A DNA stretch of 64,000 nt from an uncultured Planctomycetales bacterium (GCA_964620805.1 CAZUJQ010000001.1:7618-71617); one strand, 5' to 3'; positions 29,627 through 39,009 are shown, numbered from the stretch's first letter. Made by a program: numbers and translations. The notes: generated by a model from the sequence alone, not told the origin.

Positions 29627-32600
29627 GTGGAAACAGAACAAGAACGTCATTACAAAATCACCACCCTTAACAAGCTTTTTGCCATCTTCAGCATCGTGCT
29701 GCTTGCGGTCTTGATCTGGCTTTTTGTGGATGACTATTCCCGCGAGTGGAAAAAATACCAGAGGGAATTCCGGGACCTGGAGATCGAAAAGATCCGGGTC
29801 AAATACGACCTGGAATCAACTACGCTGGAAGGGCAACCCGAGTATCAAGAGCTTAAAAAGAAAATCGAAGAAGCCAAAAGCCAATTCGCTCAAAAGTCCG
29901 GTGAACTGAAGAAACTCCAACAAGAAATATCCTCCCTGAAATCCCAGCACGCTCTCTACAGTCAGCGCTACCAGTTCGCTAAAGCCAGGTATGATTCCGT
30001 TAAGTATCATTACGAAGAGGCGCTCAATCACAACGATCCCAGCGCCTCGAAACTCAAAACGGACCTCGAGGAGTTGGAAAAGAAGATTTCCCAGCTCCGA
30101 TTAGATGGTGAGCGTGCCGAAAGCGCACTCAGCCAGAAACAAAGTCACAGGAACGAATATGAGGCCCAGCTCAAATCCTTCGAGAAAGACCAAAAGGCCT
30201 TGACAAAACAAATCGACATCTACGAGCGAAAATTGAAGAAGATCGATCCCGCTCGAATGTCCCCGGGCAATACGCTGGGGGATCTCATCAGGAATTTGCC
30301 GGTCTTGGATCTCGCCAACCCCAGCTACCGCATTCAACAAGTGGTCATCGGTGACATCAAAGACAGCGTCAATTTTATGCAGGTCCCCAAGGTGGACCGC
30401 TGCATGACCTGCCATTTGGGGATCGATAATCCAGACTACAAAGACGCCCCTCAGCCCTTTACCACTCACCCGAACTTGGAGCTCTTTGTCTCCAATAATT
30501 CGGCGCATCCTCTGGAGGAATTCGGCTGCACGAGTTGCCACGGCGGCCGGGGCCGGGGCACGGATTTCCTTTCCTCGGTGCATACGCCTGCCTCAGAAGA
30601 GCAAAAAAAAGAGTGGCAGAAGAAATATCATGGGCAGGAGTTTCACCATTGGGAAGTTCCCATGTACCCCATGAAATACATCGAGGCCAGTTGTTTCAAA
30701 TGCCATTCCGGACAAACTACGATTCCAGGCGCCGAGAAGCTTAACCTGGGGCTGAACTTGATCGAGAAGGCCGGCTGTTTTGGCTGTCATACTATTGACA
30801 AGTACACCGATTGGCCCAAAGTCGGGCCCGATTTGACTAAAATCGTTTCCAAAACAACCAAAGAGTGGACCTACCATTGGATCAGGGATCCCCAGTCGTT
30901 TCGTCATAATACCTGGATGCCGTCCTTTTTCGGCCAGTCGAATACAAACGACCCTGTATCTTTAAAACGAGCGGAGCAAGAGGTCCAGGCCATTGTTCAC
31001 TATTTGTTTGCAAAAAGCTTGTCGTTTTCCGTGGCCAGTCCTCCCACCTGGGGCAATCCCCAAAAAGGGGAAGAGATCATCAACGCGGTTGGATGTTTTG
31101 GCTGCCATGAAATTCAAGCGCAAAATAAAGACGGGCCGCGAACACGCCAGTCCCTTCATAGAGAGCACGGTCCCAATCTGATCGGCCTGGGAACGAAAAC
31201 CTCCAAGGCCTGGCTCTACAACTGGCTCAAAGATCCAAACAGGTACCATCCCGGAACCCGGATGCCCAACCTCCGGCTCTCGGATCAGGAGGCGGCCGAT
31301 GCAGCCGCTTATCTGGTATCTCTAAAAGACAGAAGTTTCCTGAAAACGCCTGTCCCCAAGATCGATGAGGAGGTCTTAAACGGGATTGTCAGGGAATTTT
31401 TGACGAAATCGGTTCCCCTCAGTCAGGCCGAGGAACAAATCGCGGGAATGAGGCTGGAGGAGAAACTGATGTTCTCTGGTGAGAAGCTGATCCGCCATTA
31501 CGGGTGTTTCGCCTGCCACACGATCAGCGGCTTTGAAACCGATAAGCCCATCGGAACCGAATTGACCGAAGAAGGGAGCAAGGCCATAGACCGGCTGGAT
31601 TTTGGATTTGTCCCCCTTGAGCGGACCCGGCAGGCGTGGTTTACTCAAAAGCTCAAAGATTCCAGGATTTTTGATGAGGGCCGGCTCCGCGGACCCACCG
31701 ACAAGCTGCGCATGCCCAATTATCATTTCTCGGAGGAGGAGATCGACGCCATCGTGACCGCCTTGTTGGGCTTTGTTAAAGACCGCCCGGCACCCTCGAA
31801 AATGAAACCCCGAACCCCGCGCAACCTTTCCATTGAAGAAGGTCAAAAGATCGTGCGTCAGTTCAACTGCCAGGGCTGCCACACAATCGATGGCGAGGGC
31901 GGTGCGATCCAGCCCTCGATCACCGATTGGCTGGTCAAATTTCAGGATCGGGATGAACAGGAGGCGCAGGCCTTGACGGTCAGCTTCAGTCCGCCGGATT
32001 TGCTGGGCGAGGGCAAAAAGGTCCAAACCCCGTGGCTCTTTGAGTTTTTGCATGAGCCCGATACCATCCGGCCCTGGCTTTCGGTCAGGATGCCCACGTA
32101 CCATTTCACAACCCAGGAGTTGAATGCCTTGGTCCAATATTTTAATGCGCTGGATAATGAGGAATTTCCGTTCGTTGAGGTCGGGGATTACACGATGAGC
32201 CCGGAAGTGTACGCCGCCTCCGAGAAGCTTTTCTCGAGCGAGTATTTTGATTGCGCCAAATGCCATATTGTCGGGGATAAACTCCCTGGCGGTTCGCCGG
32301 ATAGCTGGGCGCCGAACTTCGCCTTGGCCAAACGCCGGCTGAAACCCCAATGGATTATCGAGTGGCTGAGAGATCCCCAGGATTTAATGCCGGGAACCAA
32401 GATGCCCACGTTTTTCGATCCTCAGAATTTCGAGGCCTCGGGACCCGAAGATATCTTAGGCGGTGATGAAGAAAAGCAAATCGAGGCGCTGCGGGATTAT
32501 CTTTTGACGCTGTCGTCTCAGGGGCCAGCAACGGCCGGAAAAGCCCAAGGCGTTTCCAAAGACATATCCGAGCCAAAACCATCTGCTGTGTCTTCCCTGG

Positions 32601-32647
32601 AAATCCCCAACGCTGCGCCGACAGTCCCCGAACCCGAAGAACAATGA
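29627..32647 (+). CDS. Membrane-anchored octaheme cytochrome c with long coiled-coil stalk
   Basis: TM, ~170-aa coiled coil, eight CxxCH motifs (CMTCH, CTSCH, CFKCH, CFGCH x2, CFACH, CQGCH, CAKCH). Confidence 0.92.
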   Translation: METEQERHYKITTLNKLFAIFSIVLLAVLIWLFVDDYSREWKKYQREFRDLEIEKIRVKYDLESTTLEGQPEYQELKKKIEEAKSQFAQKSGELKKLQQEISSLKSQHALYSQRYQFAKARYDSVKYHYEEALNHNDPSASKLKTDLEELEKKISQLRLDGERAESALSQKQSHRNEYEAQLKSFEKDQKALTKQIDIYERKLKKIDPARMSPGNTLGDLIRNLPVLDLANPSYRIQQVVIGDIKDSVNFMQVPKVDRCMTCHLGIDNPDYKDAPQPFTTHPNLELFVSNNSAHPLEEFGCTSCHGGRGRGTDFLSSVHTPASEEQKKEWQKKYHGQEFHHWEVPMYPMKYIEASCFKCHSGQTTIPGAEKLNLGLNLIEKAGCFGCHTIDKYTDWPKVGPDLTKIVSKTTKEWTYHWIRDPQSFRHNTWMPSFFGQSNTNDPVSLKRAEQEVQAIVHYLFAKSLSFSVASPPTWGNPQKGEEIINAVGCFGCHEIQAQNKDGPRTRQSLHREHGPNLIGLGTKTSKAWLYNWLKDPNRYHPGTRMPNLRLSDQEAADAAAYLVSLKDRSFLKTPVPKIDEEVLNGIVREFLTKSVPLSQAEEQIAGMRLEEKLMFSGEKLIRHYGCFACHTISGFETDKPIGTELTEEGSKAIDRLDFGFVPLERTRQAWFTQKLKDSRIFDEGRLRGPTDKLRMPNYHFSEEEIDAIVTALLGFVKDRPAPSKMKPRTPRNLSIEEGQKIVRQFNCQGCHTIDGEGGAIQPSITDWLVKFQDRDEQEAQALTVSFSPPDLLGEGKKVQTPWLFEFLHEPDTIRPWLSVRMPTYHFTTQELNALVQYFNALDNEEFPFVEVGDYTMSPEVYAASEKLFSSEYFDCAKCHIVGDKLPGGSPDSWAPNFALAKRRLKPQWIIEWLRDPQDLMPGTKMPTFFDPQNFEASGPEDILGGDEEKQIEALRDYLLTLSSQGPATAGKAQGVSKDISEPKPSAVSSLEIPNAAPTVPEPEEQ

Positions 32648-32679
32648 TAGCGCAAGAGTTCTAATGATTTTATAAAGCT

Positions 32680-32726
32680 AAGGGGTGGGGCCTCGCTTCG
32701 TGAAACGAAGCGAGGCCCCACCCCTT
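32680..32726. repeat. Perfect 21-bp GC-rich palindrome (REP-like)
   Basis: aaggggtggggcctcgcttcg tgaaa cgaagcgaggccccacccctt; no U-tract. Confidence 0.85.
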
Positions 32727-32751
32727 GGCATAGAAGCCCGGGGATTATCTC

Positions 32752-33552
32752 ATGCTCCTCAAAATCTCCCTTCTCACGGGTTTGATTTTTGCCGCCCTTT
32801 ATCCTTTGTGCTTCTGGATCAGCCGCAAAGATCCTTTGAAAAACAATTTTCACCGATTTCACTTGGGACTGCCCACGGTGGTGGGTGGGGTGGTGGTTGT
32901 CAGTCTCCTTTTTATGGCGTTGCCAGATATCCTCAAGAGGATGGCTTTGCTATGGGAGGCCGTCCTTTTGTTATGCACTGCTTATTTCTGGAAAAAAGAA
33001 ACCGTAGACCTTCGGCTGATCGCTGTGCCTTGTTTTTTAGGTGTATATGTTTTTTCTTCGGCCCAGATATGGTTGGTTCAATCTCCCTGGTATCCTAAAG
33101 ACGGTGACTTTGATTGGACAGCGATTTGTATCGGTCTTCTCTCGGGATTTATTCTGTGTTCATCGATCTTTGCAATGAACCTTGGGCATTGGTATTTGAA
33201 CGTCCACGGGCTGCCGATCAGCCATTTGATTCGGACGGTGAGGGTCTTTGGCTTTTTTTTGGTTCTGCGGATTGTTTGGGATCTGTATTCCTTATGGAAG
33301 GGCCTCATGTCTTGGGACGGTCAGGCCATTCCTTTATTTCAATTTATACAGGGGATAGAGGGGATTTTTGTCTGGATGGCGATTTTCTTTGGCAGTCTTT
33401 TCCCTCTGATTACCCTTTATTTTGTCAATGGGACTCTTAAGGTAAAATCGACCCAATCCGCGACCGGCATCCTTTATGTGATCTTGATTGCGGTCTTGAT
33501 CGGGGACCTCACGTATAAATATTACCTTTTCCGGTATGGGATTGCGTTATGA
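32752..33552 (+). CDS. Polytopic membrane protein with GHWYL motif
   Basis: About 8 TMs; MNLGHWYLN and STQSATGILY motifs. Confidence 0.7.
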   Translation: MLLKISLLTGLIFAALYPLCFWISRKDPLKNNFHRFHLGLPTVVGGVVVVSLLFMALPDILKRMALLWEAVLLLCTAYFWKKETVDLRLIAVPCFLGVYVFSSAQIWLVQSPWYPKDGDFDWTAICIGLLSGFILCSSIFAMNLGHWYLNVHGLPISHLIRTVRVFGFFLVLRIVWDLYSLWKGLMSWDGQAIPLFQFIQGIEGIFVWMAIFFGSLFPLITLYFVNGTLKVKSTQSATGILYVILIAVLIGDLTYKYYLFRYGIAL

Positions 33553-33971
33553 AGATGACGCTTTCTAGGGATTGTCCCCAGTGTGGGAAATATGCGCAAG
33601 CCACTTTTTCCGCTGGGCAGGCGGTGGTGTGCCCGCATTGCTCTAAGCCGTGGACTCCGGCGGTTGATCCGGGCAAAATTTTCGAGCGCTGTCCGGTCTG
33701 CCAGGCCACGCAATTTTATCTTCAGAAAGATTTCAATCAGGCGTTGGGGTGTTTGGTTATGCTCGGGGGAATTGTCCTGGTGCCTTTCACAATGGGTTTG
33801 AGTCTGGTGGTCTTCGCGGCCGTGGATTGGCTCCTCTACAAAAGGGTGCCGAGCATGATCGTCTGCTACAAGTGTCATACCGAGTTCCGGGGCTTCGCAA
33901 CCCCGTCTCATTTGAAACCGTTTATGCATCATATTGGGGTAAGGTATGATCAAAAGGCGAGCCCTTTCTAA
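33549..33971 (+). CDS. Zinc-ribbon membrane protein
   Basis: Four CxxC pairs (CPQC, CPHC, CPVC, CYKC) flanking two TMs; coupled start. Confidence 0.7.
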   Translation: MKMTLSRDCPQCGKYAQATFSAGQAVVCPHCSKPWTPAVDPGKIFERCPVCQATQFYLQKDFNQALGCLVMLGGIVLVPFTMGLSLVVFAAVDWLLYKRVPSMIVCYKCHTEFRGFATPSHLKPFMHHIGVRYDQKASPF

Positions 33972-34000
33972 GGACAAATGATGAAATTGGGAAATCTTCC

Positions 34001-34048
34001 TTTACAGGGGATAGCTAAATACATATAATTAACAAAAACGTTAATTAT
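34001..34048 (+). promoter_or_regulatory. Promoter of AbiE module with overlapping operator
   Basis: TTTACA-17bp-TATAAT (34001-34029); 9-bp inverted repeat ATAATTAAC-N6-GTTAATTAT (34025-34048). Confidence 0.75.
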
Positions 34049-34067
34049 CTTTACTTAGCGGGGGGAC

Positions 34068-34655
34068 ATGGACTACGGCAAATTGCAAAAATTAAGGGCC
34101 AAAGTTTACTTTAAGGTCCATGACGTCCAGGAGGCCTTTGGAGTAAAACAGGCCTCCGCAAGGGTTCTTTGCCATCGATACGTGCAACAAGGTCTCTTTG
34201 TGAGATTAAAAAACAACTTTTATGTCTTAGGAGAGAAATGGGATAATTTCAGCCGAGACGATTTCTTAAGGCTGGCTAACTTCCTTCAGGTGCCTTCCTA
34301 CATTTCGTTTGCTAGCGCTCTTTCGTTTTATGAGCTGACAACGCAGATCCAGAGAAATTTCTTTGAAAGCGCTTCTTTAAGACGTTCCCTCAAGTACACA
34401 GCCCAGGGCATATCCTTTACATTTTATAAACTTCAAAAACCCTATTATTTCGATTTTATGAAATACAACGATATTTTTATCGCTACGAAGGAAAAAGCCT
34501 TTGTGGATAGTGTGTACCTTTACTCTTTGGGAAAGTACAGGCTCGACTTTCATGCCATCGATCTTGAAAAATTGGATAAAAGACGAATGAAAAAGCTCTT
34601 AACCCCATTTCCCTCCAGAACACAAGATATGATCCAGAAAATATGCAAGATTTGA
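34068..34655 (+). CDS. AbiEi-type antitoxin / transcriptional regulator
   Basis: N-terminal wHTH (RLKNNFY), PSYISFASALSFYEL, IATKEKAFVD. Confidence 0.85.
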   Translation: MDYGKLQKLRAKVYFKVHDVQEAFGVKQASARVLCHRYVQQGLFVRLKNNFYVLGEKWDNFSRDDFLRLANFLQVPSYISFASALSFYELTTQIQRNFFESASLRRSLKYTAQGISFTFYKLQKPYYFDFMKYNDIFIATKEKAFVDSVYLYSLGKYRLDFHAIDLEKLDKRRMKKLLTPFPSRTQDMIQKICKI

Positions 34656-35332
34656 TCAAGCAAGAACAATTTGAACTTGAGGTTCTGGATAAACTCAATA
34701 GCCATAAAATCCTTTCCCGTCTTGTCTTTGCCGGAGGAACGATGCTGCGGCTGTGTTTTGGCCTCAACCGATTCTCGGTCGATTTAGATTTCTGGATCAT
34801 GAAAGGGGCAACTCCCAGTCCATTGAACGAACTCTTTCGCGATGTCAAAGAATGCTTTTCCCACTCTTATTTTCTAAAAGACGCAACGAATAAGTTCCAT
34901 ACTTTGCTTTTTGAAGTTAAATCTCCTCAATATCCCCGGGGCCTTAAAATTGAAATACGTAAAGACACAAAGAAGGTCAAAACCCAACAGGCCATTGCCT
35001 ATAGTCCTCATTCTCACCAGCAGGTTCTTTTGAATGTTGTTTCCTTGCCAGATATGATGAAGGCCAAAATAGAGGCGTTCTTAGAAAGAAGAGAGATCCG
35101 AGATGTTTTTGATATAGAATTCTTGATTAAAAAAGGGGTTGGGATCGAGGCTCCGGTTGCATCCCTTCAAAAACTGGTTCAAGGGATCGATGCTTTTAAC
35201 AAGAAGGACTATACGGTGAAACTTGGCTCTCATCTGGAAGAAGAATATCGAAAATATTATGCTCAGGAAAACTTCAAGATCCTCAAATCCGCGCTGCGGG
35301 AGAGGCTGCAATGGCTCAAGAATTCTACCTAA
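34643..35332 (+). CDS. AbiEii/AbiGii nucleotidyltransferase toxin
   Basis: FAGGTMLRLCFGLNRFSVDLDF, KIEAFLER..RDVFDI. Confidence 0.9.
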   Translation: MQDLIKQEQFELEVLDKLNSHKILSRLVFAGGTMLRLCFGLNRFSVDLDFWIMKGATPSPLNELFRDVKECFSHSYFLKDATNKFHTLLFEVKSPQYPRGLKIEIRKDTKKVKTQQAIAYSPHSHQQVLLNVVSLPDMMKAKIEAFLERREIRDVFDIEFLIKKGVGIEAPVASLQKLVQGIDAFNKKDYTVKLGSHLEEEYRKYYAQENFKILKSALRERLQWLKNST

Positions 35333-35410
35333 TAAAAGAGGGGCGATATTTTCGAAGCCACTGAACCTGTTGGAAACGGTAACTTATTTCCCATTTTCAT
35401 CGTGGACCAG

Positions 35411-35439
35411 TTGACAAACCAAATTGATTGGTGTAGGCT
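35411..35439 (+). promoter_or_regulatory. Putative sigma70 promoter for cupredoxin-cox operon
   Basis: TTGACA-17bp-TAGGCT. Confidence 0.5.
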
Positions 35440-35528
35440 GATTAACCTGTGGAGAGATGAAGCCCAATGTTCGCCTACGGCGGGCTCTGAGGGTCATAGA
35501 CTCATAGACTAGAAGGAGGGAAGTTGCA

Positions 35529-36248
35529 ATGAAGATGAGTCCAAAAGTTGTTTGCTTGTTTTTAGCGGGAGGGATGTTGATCCTTCCCGGACACACAAAG
35601 GCTGCCACGGTCACGGGTACCATCAAATATGACGGAGAAGCGCCCAAATTCAAAGAGATCAAGATGGAGGCGGATCCGGTGTGTTTGACCAAGCACACCA
35701 AGCCCGTCTATCCCCAAACCCTGGTTTTAGGAGAAGGCAACACCATGGCCAATGTCTTTGTCCATGTCAAAAGTGGGGTGCCTAAGAAAGATTACCCTCT
35801 TCCCCTAGAACCGGTTATTCTAGACCAAAAAGGCTGCCAGTATGATCCGCATGTTTTGGGCATCCGTGTCGGGCAAACCCTCAAAGTTTTAAATCCGGAT
35901 GGGACGTTGCACAACGTCCATGCCATGTGCAAGGTCAATCCGGAATTCAACCTGGCCATGCCCAAATTCCGCTCCGAGACGACCAAGGTCTTTAATAAAG
36001 AGGAATTCATGTTTCCTTTGAAATGCGACGTTCATCCCTGGATGAGCGGGTGGGTGGCAGTTCTGCCGCATCCCTATTTCTCCGTGACCAAAGCGGATGG
36101 TGTTTTTAAGCTTGAGAATCTTCCGGCCGGCACTTACGAGATCGAGGCCTGGCATGAAAAATTGGGGACCCAAAAGACCTCGGTGACGGTTGGCGGCGAT
36201 GAGACCAAGGAAGTGGATTTTACGTTCTCGAAACCAGAGAAGAAGTGA
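35529..36248 (+). CDS. Exported cupredoxin-fold / carboxypeptidase-regulatory-like domain protein
   Basis: Signal peptide; DQKGCQYDPHV, LHNVH, CDVHPWM; LPAGTYEIEAWHE. Confidence 0.8.
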   Translation: MKMSPKVVCLFLAGGMLILPGHTKAATVTGTIKYDGEAPKFKEIKMEADPVCLTKHTKPVYPQTLVLGEGNTMANVFVHVKSGVPKKDYPLPLEPVILDQKGCQYDPHVLGIRVGQTLKVLNPDGTLHNVHAMCKVNPEFNLAMPKFRSETTKVFNKEEFMFPLKCDVHPWMSGWVAVLPHPYFSVTKADGVFKLENLPAGTYEIEAWHEKLGTQKTSVTVGGDETKEVDFTFSKPEKK

Positions 36249-36280
36249 TACCCACGCAATTAAAATTGTAATCTAAAAGA

Positions 36281-36311
36281 GGGGGCTCCCCGCCAACGGC
36301 GGGGAGCCCCC
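36281..36311. repeat. 14-bp GC-rich hairpin before cox1
   Basis: gggggctccccgcc aac ggcggggagccccc. Confidence 0.7.
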
Positions 36312-36330
36312 CAAAAACAGCAATCTTACC

Positions 36331-38094
36331 ATGGCCGCACACTCCAATCACCAAAGCCACGAATCGCACGGCCCCAGTTTGAGTTTCTGGCGCAAATACA
36401 TTTTCGCCACCGACCATAAAATCATCGGACTCCAGTACGGCATCACGGCGCTTTTCTTTCTCTTGTTTGGATTCGGTCTGATGATGCTGATGCGCTGGCA
36501 GCTCGCCTATCCGGGCCAACCCCTGCCGGCGATTGGAAGATTTTTTTCCCCCAACGATCCGAATTTGCCAGGGGGCGTCATGATGCCGGATTTCTACAAC
36601 CAGCTGGGTGCTATGCACGGGACGATCATGGTCTTTATGGGGATTGTGCCCTTGGCCGTGGGGGCTTTTGGAAATTACATCGTTCCTTTACAAATTGGCG
36701 CGCCGGATATGGCCTTTCCCAAGATCAACATGGCCAGTTACTGGGCGTATTTTCTGGGAGGAGTGATCATGCTGGGGAGCTTTTTCCTCCCTGGTGGGGC
36801 CGCAAGCTCGGGATGGACCTCCTATACCCCTTTAGCCGATATCGCCCCCCTAGGCCAGACCTTCTGGATTATCGGGATGGTTTTTCTTATTACGTCTTCG
36901 CTTTTGGGCGCGGTTAATTTTATCACAACGATCTTTCAGCTTAGAGCAGAGGGTTTGAGCTTCATGCGACTGCCATTTTTTGTATGGGCTCAGCTGGTGA
37001 CGGCTTTTCTGCTGCTTTTGGCTTTCCCGCCTTTGGAAGCCGCTGCCGTTATGCAGCTGATGGATCGTGTGGCGCACACGAGCTTCTTTTTGCCCAGCGG
37101 ATTGGTGGTGAGCGGCCAGCCGTTGGCGGTCAGCGGAGGAGGGAGCGTTCTTTTGTGGCAGCACCTTTTCTGGTTTTTGGCGCATCCGGAGGTGTATGTC
37201 TTGATTTTGCCAGCGATGGGGATTGTGAGTGAAATCATCGCCAACAACACACGCAGGCCCCTGGTCGGCTATGGGCCCATGGTCTACTCGGTTTTGGCCA
37301 TCGGTTTTCTGTCGTTTGTGGTCTGGGCGCATCACATGTTTTTAACCGGCATGGGAACAACGATGAGCGCCTTCTTCCAGGCAACTACCATGATCATTTC
37401 GATTCCTTCGGTCATCATCTTGACCTCGCTCTTCCTTTCGTTGTGGGGGGGATCCATCCGTTTTACAATCCCGATGCTCTTCGCGTTGGCCTTTCTTCCG
37501 ATGTTCGGGATCGGGGGTTTGACCGGCCTGCCGCTGGGATTATCAGCAAGTGACATTCATCTTCATGATACGAATTATGTGATCGCCCATTTTCATTATA
37601 TCGTGGCGCCGGGGACGATCTTCGCGCTATTTGCCGGCATTTACCATTGGTTTCCCAAAATCACGGGGCGCACGATGAATCAATTTTTAGGGCACCTTCA
37701 TTTTTGGCCATCCTTAATTTGTATGAACTTAATCTTTATGCCGATGTTTATCCAGGGCTTGGCCGGTGTTTCTCGTCGGTTGTATGATGCGGGCGCCGAG
37801 TACGCCCACGCGCAGAGCACACTGGGACTTAATGTACTAATGTCTTATGGGGCCTGGATCCTGGCGATCTTTCAGCTTCCTTTTATCATCAATCTTATAT
37901 GGAGCCTTTTAAAAGGGAAAAAAGTCCTCAATGACAATCCCTGGGAAGCCACGACCTTAGAATGGGCGACGCCAACCCCGCCGCCGCACGGCAATTTTGC
38001 GAAAATGCCCCAAGTTTTCCGTGGGCCTTATGAGTACAGTGTGCCCGGTGCACCAAAGGATTTTACGCCGCAGTGTGAAGCGATGGTAACTTGA
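36331..38094 (+). CDS. Cytochrome c oxidase subunit I (A1-type)
   Basis: TDHKIIG, MHGTIMVF, GAPDMAFP, WFLAHPEVY, WAHHMF, HDTNYVIAHFHY, RR pair. Confidence 0.95.
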   Translation: MAAHSNHQSHESHGPSLSFWRKYIFATDHKIIGLQYGITALFFLLFGFGLMMLMRWQLAYPGQPLPAIGRFFSPNDPNLPGGVMMPDFYNQLGAMHGTIMVFMGIVPLAVGAFGNYIVPLQIGAPDMAFPKINMASYWAYFLGGVIMLGSFFLPGGAASSGWTSYTPLADIAPLGQTFWIIGMVFLITSSLLGAVNFITTIFQLRAEGLSFMRLPFFVWAQLVTAFLLLLAFPPLEAAAVMQLMDRVAHTSFFLPSGLVVSGQPLAVSGGGSVLLWQHLFWFLAHPEVYVLILPAMGIVSEIIANNTRRPLVGYGPMVYSVLAIGFLSFVVWAHHMFLTGMGTTMSAFFQATTMIISIPSVIILTSLFLSLWGGSIRFTIPMLFALAFLPMFGIGGLTGLPLGLSASDIHLHDTNYVIAHFHYIVAPGTIFALFAGIYHWFPKITGRTMNQFLGHLHFWPSLICMNLIFMPMFIQGLAGVSRRLYDAGAEYAHAQSTLGLNVLMSYGAWILAIFQLPFIINLIWSLLKGKKVLNDNPWEATTLEWATPTPPPHGNFAKMPQVFRGPYEYSVPGAPKDFTPQCEAMVT

Positions 38095-38396
38095 GTTTGG
38101 CAAATTTTAATCGACAAATTCCTCGTGAGCTTGCTCCGAGGTTACCACCCGAGGAAGAGTTTGAGAAACCTTGGGTTTCTCAAATCCAGGGTTCCACTAA
38201 GATACCTCGTCAGCTTGCTGCGAGGAGTTTCATTGGAATTCTGTCATTCTGAGGGAGCGAGAGCGACCGAAGAATCTCTGAAGCGATCCTTCGCCCCTGC
38301 CTGCCGCCCGCTTGGATGAGCAGGCTTTGGGCTTAGGATGACGATCGCTTCGCGCCCCGGCCCGCATGTCGCGAAGGCCGGGGCGCTCAGGATGAC
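38090..38396. mobile_element. Composite of mobile-element remnants between cox1 and cox3
   Basis: cttgagtttggcaaatttt (same TIR as 21229 MITE); cctcgt..agcttgct.cgagg twice; tgtcattctgag..gaagaatct..gatccttcg..ctcaggatgac. Confidence 0.7.
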
Positions 38397-38412
38397 TTGT
38401 CGAATCTAAAAA

Positions 38413-39009
38413 ATGTCCGAAGCCATCCCCTATACGAGTCACGAACGGCCCGACACCGGCGTTTATAACGCCAAATTGGGCGTCTGGCTTTTTCTGGCCT
38501 CCGAAGTGATGCTGTTTGGCGCTTTATTTTCCTCCTACGTGCTTCTTCGGATCGGCGCGCCCAGCTGGCCGCAGGGGGCGAGTCTCCTCAATGTGCCTTT
38601 GGCCACATTCAATACCCTGGTTTTGATCACCTCTAGCGTCACCATGGTGATGGCCTGGGCGTCGTTGAAGATGGATAATTTTAAGAAGTTCCGTCTTTAT
38701 TTAGGATTGACGATTTTGCTGGCTTTGACTTTTTTGGTGGTCAAATACTTTGAGTATTCGGCGAAGTTTGAGCATCATCTTTTCCCTAAGACCAGTACCT
38801 TTCTCGCCATTTATTTTACGATGACCGGCTTGCACGCCCTGCACGTTTTTGGCGGGGTGGTGGTGAATACTTACAATTTGTGGCCTGGGACTCACATGTG
38901 GGAAGCTAACCCAGAGCGATTTACGAACCGTATCGAAGTTTCTGGGCTTTATTGGCATTTTGTGGATCTGGTCTGGATCTTTCTTTTTCCGGTTCTTTAT
39001 TTGCTTTAG
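38413..39009 (+). CDS. Cytochrome c oxidase subunit III
   Basis: GVWLFLASEVMLFG, NTLVLITSS, TGLHALHV, YWHFVDLVW. Confidence 0.93.
   Translation: MSEAIPYTSHERPDTGVYNAKLGVWLFLASEVMLFGALFSSYVLLRIGAPSWPQGASLLNVPLATFNTLVLITSSVTMVMAWASLKMDNFKKFRLYLGLTILLALTFLVVKYFEYSAKFEHHLFPKTSTFLAIYFTMTGLHALHVFGGVVVNTYNLWPGTHMWEANPERFTNRIEVSGLYWHFVDLVWIFLFPVLYLL

Noticed and set aside
31376-32350. 324-aa minus-strand ORF
   Set aside because: Antisense shadow of the octaheme cytochrome gene.
23487-32647. Alternative complex III (Act)
   Set aside because: Contains Rieske and cytochrome b; no ActB molybdopterin-like or ActC/NrfD core recognisable.
32680-32726. Rho-independent terminator after the octaheme gene
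   Set aside because: No U-tract on either strand; better treated as a REP-like palindrome.
36331-38094. Nitric oxide reductase instead of O2 reductase
   Set aside because: Active-site Tyr (HPEVY) and all CuB histidines are retained, with subunits II-IV and ctaA/ctaB alongside.
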